Source: a virus
Direction: 5' to 3' (one strand)
Length of the DNA: 64,000 bases
IMG/VR virus record: IMGVR_UViG_2579779045_000011
The translations under genes and the position numbers were made by a program. Under the pieces are notes generated by a model. It was not told the DNA's origin and did no database searches. It saw only the letters and a program-made list of their open reading frames with translations. Numbering within the stretch: position 1 is the first letter of the stretch; every line of letters begins with the position of its first letter. Of the stretch, positions 19,694-29,160 are shown piece after piece.

Positions 19694-20142
19694 TAACGGT
19701 TCCCCAAGTTAAAATTAAAACTCATTGGGGCCATACAAAACGCAAGTTTAGGCAAAGCGTCTTTCTTTTCATTATAGTTCTGTTGAGCTTCTGATACAGA
19801 TAGCCCATAACTTTCGACTCCGAGCCCACGAGTAGCTTCAACCAATCTAGCTTGCAAAAGATCACAGTGAGCTTTTACTAAAGGTTGGATGATTACGTAC
19901 TCATCACCGCTAAGTTCGATAGTTTCATTCAGTTCAATACTCGTGGTAGCTTTAGTTTGACAATCTAAAACAGCCCATCCGGCATAATATTTTGCCTCAT
20001 CTAAAAATGCTTTCACGATATCATCAAGCAAAATTGAATAGCCCGATAATTGATATTCTTTATAGAGTTCTTCTGAAAGTTGCTGGATAGAACCAGCAAC
20101 TACAGCATACCCTTCAGATTCAGGTAATAACTTCATAGCCAT
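19693..20142 (-). CDS. Phage morphogenesis protein
   Basis: 149-aa ORF translationally coupled within the tail operon. Confidence 0.6.
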   Translation of the reverse strand: MAMKLLPESEGYAVVAGSIQQLSEELYKEYQLSGYSILLDDIVKAFLDEAKYYAGWAVLDCQTKATTSIELNETIELSGDEYVIIQPLVKAHCDLLQARLVEATRGLGVESYGLSVSEAQQNYNEKKDALPKLAFCMAPMSFNFNLGNR

Positions 20143-20786
20143 TACCCGAAAAGATTGCCTAATGTACGTGATGTCGCATTAATCGTTGAGTTGCGTACAG
20201 CTTGTTGAGCAGTATTGATTACCTGCTGAACGCGATTCACAAGTTCAGCTGTACCATCAATTTCTTTTTTACCCGGCTGAATACTGCCGTTGGTACCAAT
20301 GTTTGCGAAGCTACCAAAGTAGTTATAGTCGATTGGGCAAGAAACTGTCATAACTTGAGATCGGCTATCTGAATCATACTCAGCTGACTCAAAGCGTATA
20401 GCACAGTTTTCAAGTGCATAAGAACGGGTAAAACTACCTAAACGGCCATCGTAATAATCACCATGGATGATTCCACCACTAGCTACGACATATTCAGCTA
20501 ATAGTTGATCATGCCCTGCTTCAGTTACTAGGATTTGAAGGTTGCCTGTGTAATGGGTTTTCGGGGGACCAGCAACAATTCCAGTAAATCCACCCGCATA
20601 TTGAACTTCTGCTGGATCTTCATTACTCACAATTGGCCGTGGGCAACTTTTAAATAAGAAGCGAAGGTCTTCCATGCCACGAGGAACAAACATCCCCTGA
20701 CACGCTAATAATGGTGAACCAAGTTGCTGTAGAGCAATGTAATCTTGTTTAAGCTGATTTAGTAAAATCGGATTAGATTGTTGCAT
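20142..20786 (-). CDS. Tail tube protein (P1-like)
   Basis: PRPIVSNEDPAEVQYAGG and IDYNYFG motifs; first gene after a late promoter; start set at MQQSN. Confidence 0.65.
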   Translation of the reverse strand: MQQSNPILLNQLKQDYIALQQLGSPLLACQGMFVPRGMEDLRFLFKSCPRPIVSNEDPAEVQYAGGFTGIVAGPPKTHYTGNLQILVTEAGHDQLLAEYVVASGGIIHGDYYDGRLGSFTRSYALENCAIRFESAEYDSDSRSQVMTVSCPIDYNYFGSFANIGTNGSIQPGKKEIDGTAELVNRVQQVINTAQQAVRNSTINATSRTLGNLFG

Positions 20787-20820
20787 AATTTTGATGCTCA
20801 AAATGCAGATTTATGCAACA

Positions 20821-20861
20821 AGATTAAGGATGTTTTTGCTATTGGTTTTTAATCAGTTCCA
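20821..20861 (-). promoter_or_regulatory. Putative late promoter TGGAAC-N29-TAATCT
   Basis: Motif copy; TTGTTGCATAA/TTATGCAACAA hairpin includes the ATG. Confidence 0.7.
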
Positions 20862-20912
20862 TTTTAGAAAACTGACTTTATATTAATAAAAAACCCGCAA
20901 AAGCGGGCTATA

Positions 20913-21179
20913 TCACATCTGTTTATAGATAACATCTCGCCTATCTACATCAAGAACAAGAACTACGACTACATCATCCTTGACTTGATATAAAAGGCGG
21001 TATCCTGCTGATTTCAGTTTAATCTTATATAGATCAACTGATCCTCTCAGCTTATTCTTCGGTATCTTAGGGTTATCTAGGATTGCTTCCAGCTTACGAA
21101 TAAACTGCTCAGCGATTTGTGGGTTAAGTTTGTCAAACTTTTTAAGAGCTGTTTTTGAGAACTCTAGCTCGTAACTCAT
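20913..21179 (-). CDS. RelE/StbE-family type II toxin
   Basis: YELEFSKTALKKFDKL...YKIKLKSAGYRLLYQV. Confidence 0.9.
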   Translation of the reverse strand: MSYELEFSKTALKKFDKLNPQIAEQFIRKLEAILDNPKIPKNKLRGSVDLYKIKLKSAGYRLLYQVKDDVVVVLVLDVDRRDVIYKQM

Positions 21180-21429
21180 TAATAGATACCTTCACAGTTT
21201 CGTCAGTATCAACTTGCTCGGCTAGTTTAATTAGTTCCTGATCTTCAATTAGATCCATCATGCGTTCATACATTGCTGCCGGAACACAGTAGAATTCTGG
21301 ATTATTTCTATTCAGAATAGCTACTGCTTCGCCAAAAGCATTTTGTACAACTGCTGTAGGATTCTTTTTTAATTCAGAAACACTAGCCACAAATCGACTA
21401 TGGATTATGTGGTTCATGACGTTTCTCAT
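21142..21429 (-). CDS. Phd/YefM (StbD-like) antitoxin
   Basis: ASVSELKKNP...AVAILNRNNPEFYCVP; upstream of and overlapping the toxin. Confidence 0.9.
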   Translation of the reverse strand: MRNVMNHIIHSRFVASVSELKKNPTAVVQNAFGEAVAILNRNNPEFYCVPAAMYERMMDLIEDQELIKLAEQVDTDETVKVSINELRARVLKNSS

Positions 21430-21609
21430 TTGATGTGTCCTACATCAATTTGTAGCCAATTGATTAGAACCGTCCTCAGAAAGTTAAGTTTGCTACAGGG
21501 TTAACTCAATATAAACAATTTGAAGATCTGTTTCAAGACCTGTTTAACAACCACTTAATAGGTCTTAATAAAAAAGCCACCCTAAAAGGTAGCTTTTTAA
21601 ATCAGCTTT

Positions 21610-21662
21610 TTATCCAATATTTGGTGGTACTCGCAGAACCTGTACTGAAGGTACACCCCGAT
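21610..21662. repeat. 53-bp direct repeat of 23403..23455 (one mismatch)
   Basis: TTATCCAATATTTGGTGGTACTCGCAGAACCTGTA(C/A)TGAAGGTACACCCCGAT at both sites. Confidence 0.95.
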
Positions 21663-21735
21663 ACACACCCATGAAGCATATCGTTGATGGCATTGGCTTA
21701 GATTGGGCTTCTCAGTTTGTTAAGTTAAAACAAAT
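21661..21735 (+). pseudogene. Fragment of an antirepressor N-terminal domain
   Basis: Translates YTPMKHIVDGIGLDWASQFVKL, matching YTPMKPIVEGMGLAWQSQLAKL in 22421..23317; no start or continuation. Confidence 0.75.
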
Positions 21736-21741
21736 AGTTAA

Positions 21742-21873
21742 TCAAGTTGTTATGATTTTCATAATAACTGATTTTCTTGTAATGTGCCTAAAATAGAAAG
21801 GATCTGATTCAGTACTGGGCAACTTTGTTCTAGCTGTATTTACTGCCGGTGCATAAGCTAAAGCTTTGGACAT
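21742..21873 (-). pseudogene. Short or truncated 43-aa ORF behind a late promoter
   Basis: MSKALAYAPAVNTARTKLPSTESDPFY...; follows the motif at 21903..21943 and an RBS hairpin; ends within the scar region. Confidence 0.5.
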
Positions 21874-21902
21874 AATAATGACCCTATTCATTGAATAAAG
21901 CC

Positions 21903-21943
21903 ATTATTTACAATGAGGAAAGCTTAGAAGTTAGTTAGTTCCA
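21903..21943 (-). promoter_or_regulatory. Putative late promoter TGGAAC-N29-AATAAT
   Basis: Motif copy followed by a long hairpin (with G-U pairs) ending at the ATG. Confidence 0.7.
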
Positions 21944-21962
21944 ACTCCACAAGAAAAATATT

Positions 21963-22217
21963 TTAGTTTTCGATATCTTTATCATCACATTCAAGCCAAA
22001 AGACATCTTCAAACTTCTCGCATACACCAGCTTTTTTTAGTTCGGTGTAAATGAGTAAGGCACGATAAACACTGATGTGTTTTCCTGCTTCTGCATCTTT
22101 TATATACCTATTAAGCACATGATTATTTGATATAAATCCGCATTGTTTAGCTAATTGATAAACTGTCATACCAGCTTGCTCTCGCAAAGTTGCGACATTG
22201 TTTTTTTCAACCATCAC
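21963..22217 (-). CDS. HTH (XRE-like) regulator
   Basis: LREQAGMTVYQLAKQCG; divergent from the antirepressor. Confidence 0.75.
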   Translation of the reverse strand: MMVEKNNVATLREQAGMTVYQLAKQCGFISNNHVLNRYIKDAEAGKHISVYRALLIYTELKKAGVCEKFEDVFWLECDDKDIEN

Positions 22218-22420
22218 GATATACCAAAAAATATTTAGTTCAGTGTATCACAAGAACAATTGCTATTAAATATAATTTTATTAATACTCGTAATTGCTAT
22301 TATATTTAATAGTTGTTATATTTAACTCATCAGGACAGGATATGGTCTTGATAAAAAGAACCCCTTGTACCGATCAAAGTAAACAAGGGGTTATATCCAA
22401 TCTCTAAGAGGAAATTAGAC

Positions 22421-23317
22421 ATGACTACTTTAACTCAAATCACCGTACCTTTCCACAATGCTGAGTTGTACTTGGTGGAACATGATGGTCAGCCATATAC
22501 ACCCATGAAGCCTATTGTTGAGGGTATGGGGTTAGCTTGGCAGTCTCAATTAGCAAAACTGAATGCCAATCCTCAACGATGGGGTATAACGAAAATCGTT
22601 ATACCTACTCTTGGCGACTTACAGGAAATGGTTTGTCTACCACTAAGAAAACTTCTTGCTTGGCTCACCACCATCAGTCCTAACAAAGTAAAACCTGAAC
22701 TTCGTGACACTGTCATCATGTACCAAAACGAATGTGATGATGTCTTATGGAATTACTGGACAAAAGGCCAAGTAATCAATCATAGAAAAGCTATCTCACC
22801 TGAACAACAGCATGCTTTACATGCAATCGTCGATCGTCGTGCAGGAAAAGATCGAAGTTTAAGAGCCTCTATGTGGATACGTCATAATCGCCACTTTGGA
22901 ATTGCTAAATATAGCCAATTGCTTTCAATCCATTTTGATGATGCGAAGCAGTATCTTGAGACAATACCACTTCATGAGCTAGGCCCAACCGAAACAGATA
23001 CACTTAAACGTTTAGAAAAATTTGTAGATAATCTCGCTGCACGGTATCCAGCATTAGAAAATCCGCTAGCTTATGAAATAGCACAGCATGTAGGTGAGAA
23101 GCTAAAGTATCAATCTCCCAAAGGTCCGAAAAACTTCTGGATTTCGATTCAGGAAAACGGCGCTCTTTCAGTACAGCAATATTCTCTACACCACACGCCC
23201 ATTAATGTCGTGCAACTACGCGAAAAGTTTAATGGGCTATGGGAGTTTCTTCATAAGGATGAAGTACTTGAGCTTGGCAAAGTATTAAAACGCTTTCCTT
23301 TTGAACCTGTGAACTGA
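22421..23317 (+). CDS. Phage antirepressor (P22 AR N-terminal domain)
   Basis: VPFHNAEL...PYTPMKPIVEGMGLAW...YQNECDDVLWNYWTKG. Confidence 0.88.
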   Translation: MTTLTQITVPFHNAELYLVEHDGQPYTPMKPIVEGMGLAWQSQLAKLNANPQRWGITKIVIPTLGDLQEMVCLPLRKLLAWLTTISPNKVKPELRDTVIMYQNECDDVLWNYWTKGQVINHRKAISPEQQHALHAIVDRRAGKDRSLRASMWIRHNRHFGIAKYSQLLSIHFDDAKQYLETIPLHELGPTETDTLKRLEKFVDNLAARYPALENPLAYEIAQHVGEKLKYQSPKGPKNFWISIQENGALSVQQYSLHHTPINVVQLREKFNGLWEFLHKDEVLELGKVLKRFPFEPVN

Positions 23318-23367
23318 AAGGGCATATCATTAAATTAAGACGTTCCTACTGGAACTCCCCTTATATT

Positions 23368-23397
23368 AAAGCCAGCTATACAGCTGGCTTTCTTTTT
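23368..23397. terminator. Bidirectional terminator
   Basis: AAAGCCAGCT-ATAC-AGCTGGCTTT plus T run. Confidence 0.8.
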
Positions 23398-23402
23398 AGA
23401 AC

Positions 23403-23681
23403 TTATCCAATATTTGGTGGTACTCGCAGAACCTGTAATGAAGGTACACCCCGATCTAGCGCATCTTGGACACAACGATAATCAGGATTATTTGGTTCAT
23501 AACCAAGTTCACCACGGATATTACCCTTATGTATTGTCATCGGTGCATCAAAACGCCCACGCATAAAACGACCAATAATAATTGTGTCAGTTAATGATTG
23601 ATTGGTCTTTATTTCTGTTTTATCAGTTTTTTTCTGATATTGAATACCAGGCGCTTCACCTATGATTTGAGTTGTATTCAT
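23403..23681 (-). CDS. Small protein resembling a tail-sheath N-terminal domain
   Basis: APGIQY...IIGRFMRGRFDAP; start set at MNTTQ (AAGGA RBS). Confidence 0.6.
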   Translation of the reverse strand: MNTTQIIGEAPGIQYQKKTDKTEIKTNQSLTDTIIIGRFMRGRFDAPMTIHKGNIRGELGYEPNNPDYRCVQDALDRGVPSLQVLRVPPNIG

Positions 23682-23742
23682 GAGTATTTCCTTAATTAAA
23701 TGGATTATAGGTAAAGCCAAAAATGACCTTACCTATGAGTAA

Positions 23743-24510
23743 TTAGTAAATACCTAAGCGTTTACCTTTTTTGAATGAACGTAAACGCTTGTTGATTGCA
23801 TTTGCAGTAAAAGCATGAAGTCGAGCTTTTTTCATACCAGCTTTTTGTGCTGCAGTTAAACGGACCTTTTGACCAGGTAATCGTTTATTCACAACGGTTT
23901 TGACACCTTGACGAATAGCCAGCACACCACGGTAGTGAATTTTTCGCCCATTTACTTTCCGTTGGCTAAATGCTCCATTTCGAGCTTTAATTTTTTTAGC
24001 CATTGAATCGAAACCTTCTTCAGTTTCATCTGCTTCACCGAAAATAAACTCACGAACCAGTTCTTCAAGTTCAGGGCCTTCGTCTGGCATATTAGCAAGA
24101 ACTGTATTGGCTGCTGCTTCTAACGCCGCATCAGCAACTTCTGTATCATCACTAAAGATCTCTTCAATATCAGTAGCGTCAACGCCAAATGTTAAGAAAG
24201 CATCGGAAAGAGACGCCATCAAAGCGTTTTCATAGATACCGTCTTCATCATCTGCACCATCTAATGCATCGACAATTAATGCGTCTAAATGATCAACGCC
24301 CAGTTCACCTTCTTCAAGCTTACCTTCACTGATTGTATCTACCGTATCAGATAGAATGTTCAGAGCAATTTGTCGTACTTGTTCAATCACAGATTGCTGT
24401 TCTCGATCAGTACTTGAAACCTTACTTACAACGGTAGAAATATTCTCCGCTGCTGAATCAAAAGCACGTAAAGCTAAAGGTTTTTCTGTAGTTGGGCCAA
24501 ATGGATTCAT
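23743..24510 (-). CDS. Virion/prohead core-like protein (acidic N-terminus, basic C-terminus)
   Basis: RLTAAQKAGMKKAR basic tail resembling P1/T4 core-type proteins. Confidence 0.55.
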   Translation of the reverse strand: MNPFGPTTEKPLALRAFDSAAENISTVVSKVSSTDREQQSVIEQVRQIALNILSDTVDTISEGKLEEGELGVDHLDALIVDALDGADDEDGIYENALMASLSDAFLTFGVDATDIEEIFSDDTEVADAALEAAANTVLANMPDEGPELEELVREFIFGEADETEEGFDSMAKKIKARNGAFSQRKVNGRKIHYRGVLAIRQGVKTVVNKRLPGQKVRLTAAQKAGMKKARLHAFTANAINKRLRSFKKGKRLGIY

Positions 24511-24528
24511 CTTGATAGATCCTTAAAA

Positions 24529-25824
24529 TTATTTAACTAAAACGTCGTCATCAAAAATTGCGGCACGAGTTGTACCAACAACTCCATGGGCTAAATAGAG
24601 TCGTACACGCTCATATGGATAGTCTTTGTCAGGTATTAAACTGAACTCAAAAGGTTTACCACCTAGATCTTCAGCCGGTTGTAACCAACCGGTTGTTTCA
24701 CTAGAAGCACCCTCTAAAAACTCTTGAATTTCATCACCAGCTTTTTTGATATAGTCCGGTGTAGCTTGGAACATGTAAGTTCTAAGGATTTCGATACATT
24801 TATTCGTAACTCGTGCCGCAATCTCAGCTGCAGGAACTAAACGCAATGCACTATTTTTACTTTGATACTGGGTTAATACATCACTTAAAACGAATAATGT
24901 AGTTTCAAACTTAACTGGGCGAACTACATTTACTTTAGCCTTTGCCAACATTTCTTGAGTCTGTTCATCTTCAAGATCAATATTCGGCATCTGGCTTAAG
25001 TTTTTTGCTGTAAATGGATAATCTTTCCAAGCTACTGCATTTTTTAACGGCGCAAAGCCTTGTTTATTTAACTTTGCGTTACGTAATAATTTATCGCCGA
25101 TGTAATGGCCCAAATAATAAGCTGGGACCTTACGCCCTCTTAGTGTGACAGCACCAGATGGACGGCATAGGTTCGGACTCCAAATGAATTGAACAAACTG
25201 TGATTGTGCATCTACACTTGTCGCAAATTGAGCTGCTTGCTCAGCTGTAAAAGTTGGGTTGATTTCAGCATCCAAAGGAATACGTAACTTTGTAGCTGCA
25301 CGTTGTGCCGCAACATAAATTGGTAAATCATGAGGATTTGGTAAAGTCAGATATGCTGGTGTACTTAATTGACTCGTCAGAATCTTATATAGTTCATCTG
25401 GATTAAATGATGGTAACGATTCATCTTCCAATGCCAATGTTTTTGAAGCACGACCTAAGCTATTTGATTCGTTATAAGCATTTGATTTGAGTATTGCTTG
25501 TAACGCATCAATACCTAACGATAAATCAAAACGCTCAAAATATTCTTTCGCATCAGCTACAGCGACAATAGAAGCAGAATTTTCAATGTCTCCATCTACT
25601 AATCCCTGAACAGTAACAATTTGATCACCTGTTACCGCATCACGGATTTCCAAACGCATAGAAATATCTGCAGGACCGCGTGGGCTAGTTACTTTCGCAA
25701 AAAAGGCCACATTGATTTCTGTATTTGCAAGATAACTGTGAGTATCAAATTCCAGTTTTAGTGATGGGCTGGCCCCTGCTACAAGGGATAGCTCACCTGT
25801 ACTTGATAGAGCAAGTATATTCAT
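24529..25824 (-). CDS. Contractile tail sheath protein (P1-like)
   Basis: 431 aa; sheath-type C-terminal region (LAKAKVNVV...DVLTQ...); own late promoter. Confidence 0.7.
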   Translation of the reverse strand: MNILALSSTGELSLVAGASPSLKLEFDTHSYLANTEINVAFFAKVTSPRGPADISMRLEIRDAVTGDQIVTVQGLVDGDIENSASIVAVADAKEYFERFDLSLGIDALQAILKSNAYNESNSLGRASKTLALEDESLPSFNPDELYKILTSQLSTPAYLTLPNPHDLPIYVAAQRAATKLRIPLDAEINPTFTAEQAAQFATSVDAQSQFVQFIWSPNLCRPSGAVTLRGRKVPAYYLGHYIGDKLLRNAKLNKQGFAPLKNAVAWKDYPFTAKNLSQMPNIDLEDEQTQEMLAKAKVNVVRPVKFETTLFVLSDVLTQYQSKNSALRLVPAAEIAARVTNKCIEILRTYMFQATPDYIKKAGDEIQEFLEGASSETTGWLQPAEDLGGKPFEFSLIPDKDYPYERVRLYLAHGVVGTTRAAIFDDDVLVK

Positions 25825-25857
25825 TACATTACACGCCCAAGGCTATTTGTTTTAAGT

Positions 25858-25898
25858 ATTTTGAGCCGTTGGCTTTTTTGATTTTCTGGCTAGTTCCA
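25858..25898 (-). promoter_or_regulatory. Putative late promoter TGGAAC-N29-CAAAAT
   Basis: Motif copy just downstream of a terminator. Confidence 0.7.
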
Positions 25899-25902
25899 AT
25901 GT

Positions 25903-25929
25903 AAAAAAAACCACTCGAAAGTGGTTTTT
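25903..25929 (-). terminator. Intrinsic terminator
   Basis: AAAACCAC-TCGAAA-GTGGTTTT with 8 U on the minus strand. Confidence 0.8.
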
Positions 25930-25942
25930 CATTTCCTAAATT

Positions 25943-26230
25943 TTATAATCCGCTAGCAGGTTCTGTAGGCTCTTCTGCCTCAGTAGGTACAATTTGAAGT
26001 ACATTACCTTTCAAGCCATTAATTTGATCTAGGTTATCTAGCAATTGTTTATGAGCTTCGTCACCGATCAAAGTGAATGTGACCTTTTGACCAGCTTGTA
26101 CCAAAACTTGCGTAAATGGTTCGGTAATGTCACTTAAACCGTTATTTTGAAGTGTAATACTTCGTTCAGTAGGATGATCACCAACAGCATCCATAATTGG
26201 GTTCGTGCCATCAATAATGAAAATAGTCAT
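25943..26230 (-). CDS. Putative head decoration/accessory protein
   Basis: Shares the NNG..EP...AG domain with its upstream neighbour; follows the capsid gene. Confidence 0.55.
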   Translation of the reverse strand: MTIFIIDGTNPIMDAVGDHPTERSITLQNNGLSDITEPFTQVLVQAGQKVTFTLIGDEAHKQLLDNLDQINGLKGNVLQIVPTEAEEPTEPASGL

Positions 26231-26234
26231 CTTG

Positions 26235-26861
26235 TTACTCAACAGTTAGATTCTTACCAAGCCCCTTCAACTGACGTAAGTTTTCCAGTACTTGATGTTT
26301 AAATGTTTGGTTATGACACGTAATACTTGCTGTTTTACCTGCCTCAATAGCAACACGTGATAACGGTTCTAAAACTGTTGAAAATCCGTTATTAGTAACT
26401 TTAATAACTAGCGGATCCACGCTACTCCCACCTGATACTGTTAACAAATCCGTAATGGGAGTATTAACTTTAGAAGTATCAGTTTCTTTAAGGACATGAT
26501 CCGATTCCGTCCCCACATCATCACCAGACTTACCACCATTTGAATCTAGATCATTTGAAGGTTTGACAGAATCATTCGATGTTTCAGTTGGATTTCCATT
26601 TTCTTGAGTATTGGACTCTTCATTATCTGAATCGCCATTTTTCAAATCAGTAGGTTTATTACCTTCATCTTGAGATGCGCCGTCTTCAGGACCTTGGCTA
26701 TTTAACAAATCACCTTGGTCTGAAGCTTTTTCATCACCAGCTTGGGTATTCTGTGTTTCTGTAGTTTTATTGGTTTTATTACGTGTGTTTTTTTGTTTAG
26801 TAGTCGCTTGTTCGTCAGTTGAAGCTAAAGTTTCGTCAGTGTTTTGTGTTGCAGCAGCCAT
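26235..26861 (-). CDS. Putative head accessory protein with disordered N-terminus
   Basis: Low-complexity N-terminus plus C-terminal domain paralogous to 25943..26230. Confidence 0.6.
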   Translation of the reverse strand: MAAATQNTDETLASTDEQATTKQKNTRNKTNKTTETQNTQAGDEKASDQGDLLNSQGPEDGASQDEGNKPTDLKNGDSDNEESNTQENGNPTETSNDSVKPSNDLDSNGGKSGDDVGTESDHVLKETDTSKVNTPITDLLTVSGGSSVDPLVIKVTNNGFSTVLEPLSRVAIEAGKTASITCHNQTFKHQVLENLRQLKGLGKNLTVE

Positions 26862-26924
26862 GAGATTTTCCTTTCAATAAATAGGGTAAAAAGGCGCATC
26901 GAAATGCGCCCTTATCTGTTTTAC

Positions 26925-28703
26925 TTACGAATTTTTGAGAGATGGCATATTGATACAGTGGATGACATAGCTTTGATCAGCATAACGTTCTAACGGGTTC
27001 ATTTCGGCTGCTTGAGCACCGATTAAAGTAAGTACTGATTCACGCGCATCTGGTCGAGTTTCAATAACTGAAAGAGGCGTTTGAATAAAGCCAACGAACG
27101 GCGCACGAATTGGCTCATTACCACGACCAACTAAAAGCATATCAAACGCTGTATCTGCTTCAGCTACAAGCTCTTGTGCTGTCGGTGCGTGGTAAACGTT
27201 TGTACCATCTGCAAGAGTACCAATACGGACAATTTGACCATAACCAGCAGTGTATCCGGTTTTAACTGGCATCTTGTCGCTTGACAGTTGATTAAAGAAT
27301 ACTGACCCAGTATCGCCAACATATAAGTCAAATGCTACGGTAGAGCCACCAGTACGTTGGTTAATATCCAATTTGGCAGCTGCAATAAATTTATTTACTT
27401 CCGCAAACAAGTCACCTGAAGTATTAAATGCAGCTGCTAATTTTCCAGTCACACCACGAGAAGCATCAAAAGTAACTTCACGAGCGGAGTATTCAGCTAA
27501 ATCTTTTGCTTCACCTAATAAACGTACAGTTTGTTCTAAGAAGATTTTACCTTGAACAATTGCTAAAGCCTGACCCAGAAAACCAAGCTTAAGTTCGTTA
27601 GTTAACTGAGATTGTAATAGTGTTGAAGCTGTTACCCGTGCCATGATAGGTGACGCAATCAATGTTTCATATTCAGGTTCGAAATCAACACCAACTGGGG
27701 TTAATAGATAGTTATCATTACCATCACGCGCATCAAAATCCGCCACAAGATGAACTTCAATTTTCGCACCAGCTGGTAATGCTTCATTTAATGTCACGCT
27801 AATTTTGCTAGCTGAAATGTCAATTTCGCTACCAACTACACGATATTCAACGCCGTTTACTACTACGTCTTTCTCAGCAATAGCAGAAATCTTGCCTGAA
27901 AATTTTGATTTACTGCGATTTCGAGTATGCGCAACTTCTTTACCATTGATCTTAATAGATACATTACCCGCAATAAATGGCAATAAACTCGCTTTGGCGT
28001 CAGGTGTTTTAGCCTTGAAGTCTTCATAACCAGTTCGTGCAGTCACAGTATAAGTTGCACCTGCGCCACCATTAGACAATGCAAAACGGAATCGTCCTTC
28101 AACATAAGGCTTAGAAGCATTTGCACCATCTAAGTATTCTGATTTCTTCATTGCACCAAAATCACGGTTGGTGATAAAGCGAATAGATACAATCGGTACT
28201 TCATTTGAGCCATTTGAGTTGGGAATCATAGCAACGATAGGTGTTGCATAAGCGATAACGTTGGCGATAGTAGCAACTGTAATTGCTGGAACGATGCTTA
28301 CAGATTCATGATGCTGGTGATTTACATCATCAAAACCAGATTCATTAATACTATCGTAATAGCTAAGGGTCTCGGCAGGCAAAGCAGCTGCTTGTTTCGC
28401 ACCACTTAAACCAGCAGTTAATGCAGCTGCAATGATTGAAGGATGTGGTAATTCACCTCCATGACGTGATTGATATTGTGATACCCCAAACATCACAGCT
28501 TTATCAACTTCTGGCGCATATTCGATACCAATTGAATCAAAAATTGCTTTTAATACTTCTGGGTACTCATCTGCCGCTGTTTGAGCACTGTCAAACCCAT
28601 TTTCAAGCTCTTCAGGACTTTTGAAATAGTAATTTCGGCACTGAACAGTAGCTAGTTGTTGAGCATCATACTTTTTACGAATTTCTTCTGTTAACACAGT
28701 CAT
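26925..28703 (-). CDS. Major capsid protein (P1 gp23-like)
   Basis: 592 aa; GELPHPSIIAAA and GQIVRIGTLADGTNVYH motifs; own late promoter and downstream terminator. Confidence 0.8.
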   Translation of the reverse strand: MTVLTEEIRKKYDAQQLATVQCRNYYFKSPEELENGFDSAQTAADEYPEVLKAIFDSIGIEYAPEVDKAVMFGVSQYQSRHGGELPHPSIIAAALTAGLSGAKQAAALPAETLSYYDSINESGFDDVNHQHHESVSIVPAITVATIANVIAYATPIVAMIPNSNGSNEVPIVSIRFITNRDFGAMKKSEYLDGANASKPYVEGRFRFALSNGGAGATYTVTARTGYEDFKAKTPDAKASLLPFIAGNVSIKINGKEVAHTRNRSKSKFSGKISAIAEKDVVVNGVEYRVVGSEIDISASKISVTLNEALPAGAKIEVHLVADFDARDGNDNYLLTPVGVDFEPEYETLIASPIMARVTASTLLQSQLTNELKLGFLGQALAIVQGKIFLEQTVRLLGEAKDLAEYSAREVTFDASRGVTGKLAAAFNTSGDLFAEVNKFIAAAKLDINQRTGGSTVAFDLYVGDTGSVFFNQLSSDKMPVKTGYTAGYGQIVRIGTLADGTNVYHAPTAQELVAEADTAFDMLLVGRGNEPIRAPFVGFIQTPLSVIETRPDARESVLTLIGAQAAEMNPLERYADQSYVIHCINMPSLKNS

Positions 28704-28741
28704 TTTAAACCAGCCTTTGGCTTTCTATGTAAGATGCAGAA

Positions 28742-28782
28742 AGTCTGACATGGCGTATTTTTACTAAAACTGGTCGGTTCCA
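28742..28782 (-). promoter_or_regulatory. Putative late promoter TGGAAC-N29-CAGACT
   Basis: Motif copy upstream of the capsid gene. Confidence 0.7.
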
Positions 28783-28857
28783 AACATAAAAAAGTCCCCA
28801 AAATTGAGGACAAAGAAAATGTAGCTAAAGGACCATCTCAGCCCTTTATTTATATAG

Positions 28858-29160
28858 CTATCCGCTTACACCACTTGAAACATAAATCTCCACATTATCA
28901 CCTGCTTTCACTTTATAACGGAGCTTATCCCAGCAATGCTGTCTAAACGGTTCAGTATCGGGCGCAGCAGCTGTTAATGTAAGAATAGACACCCAGTGAG
29001 AATCGTTTTGCGGATCTGCATATGGAATATTGCTTCCGAAAAACTCTACTTCTGCCCCGTTCCCGATTACCTGGTAATTGAATATTGCAGAAGTACATTG
29101 TTCAGCCATTTCAATGTCGCCTGTCTTTTTACCTTTTTCATTGAAAATTAAATAGCTCAT
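28858..29160 (-). CDS. Hypothetical phage structural protein
   Basis: 100-aa beta-rich ORF overlapping the upstream gene's stop. Confidence 0.65.
   Translation of the reverse strand: MSYLIFNEKGKKTGDIEMAEQCTSAIFNYQVIGNGAEVEFFGSNIPYADPQNDSHWVSILTLTAAAPDTEPFRQHCWDKLRYKVKAGDNVEIYVSSGVSG

Noticed and set aside
23342..23355. GTTCCT/TGGAAC pair after the antirepressor
   Set aside because: No NANNNT hexamer at the right spacing in either direction and no downstream gene start
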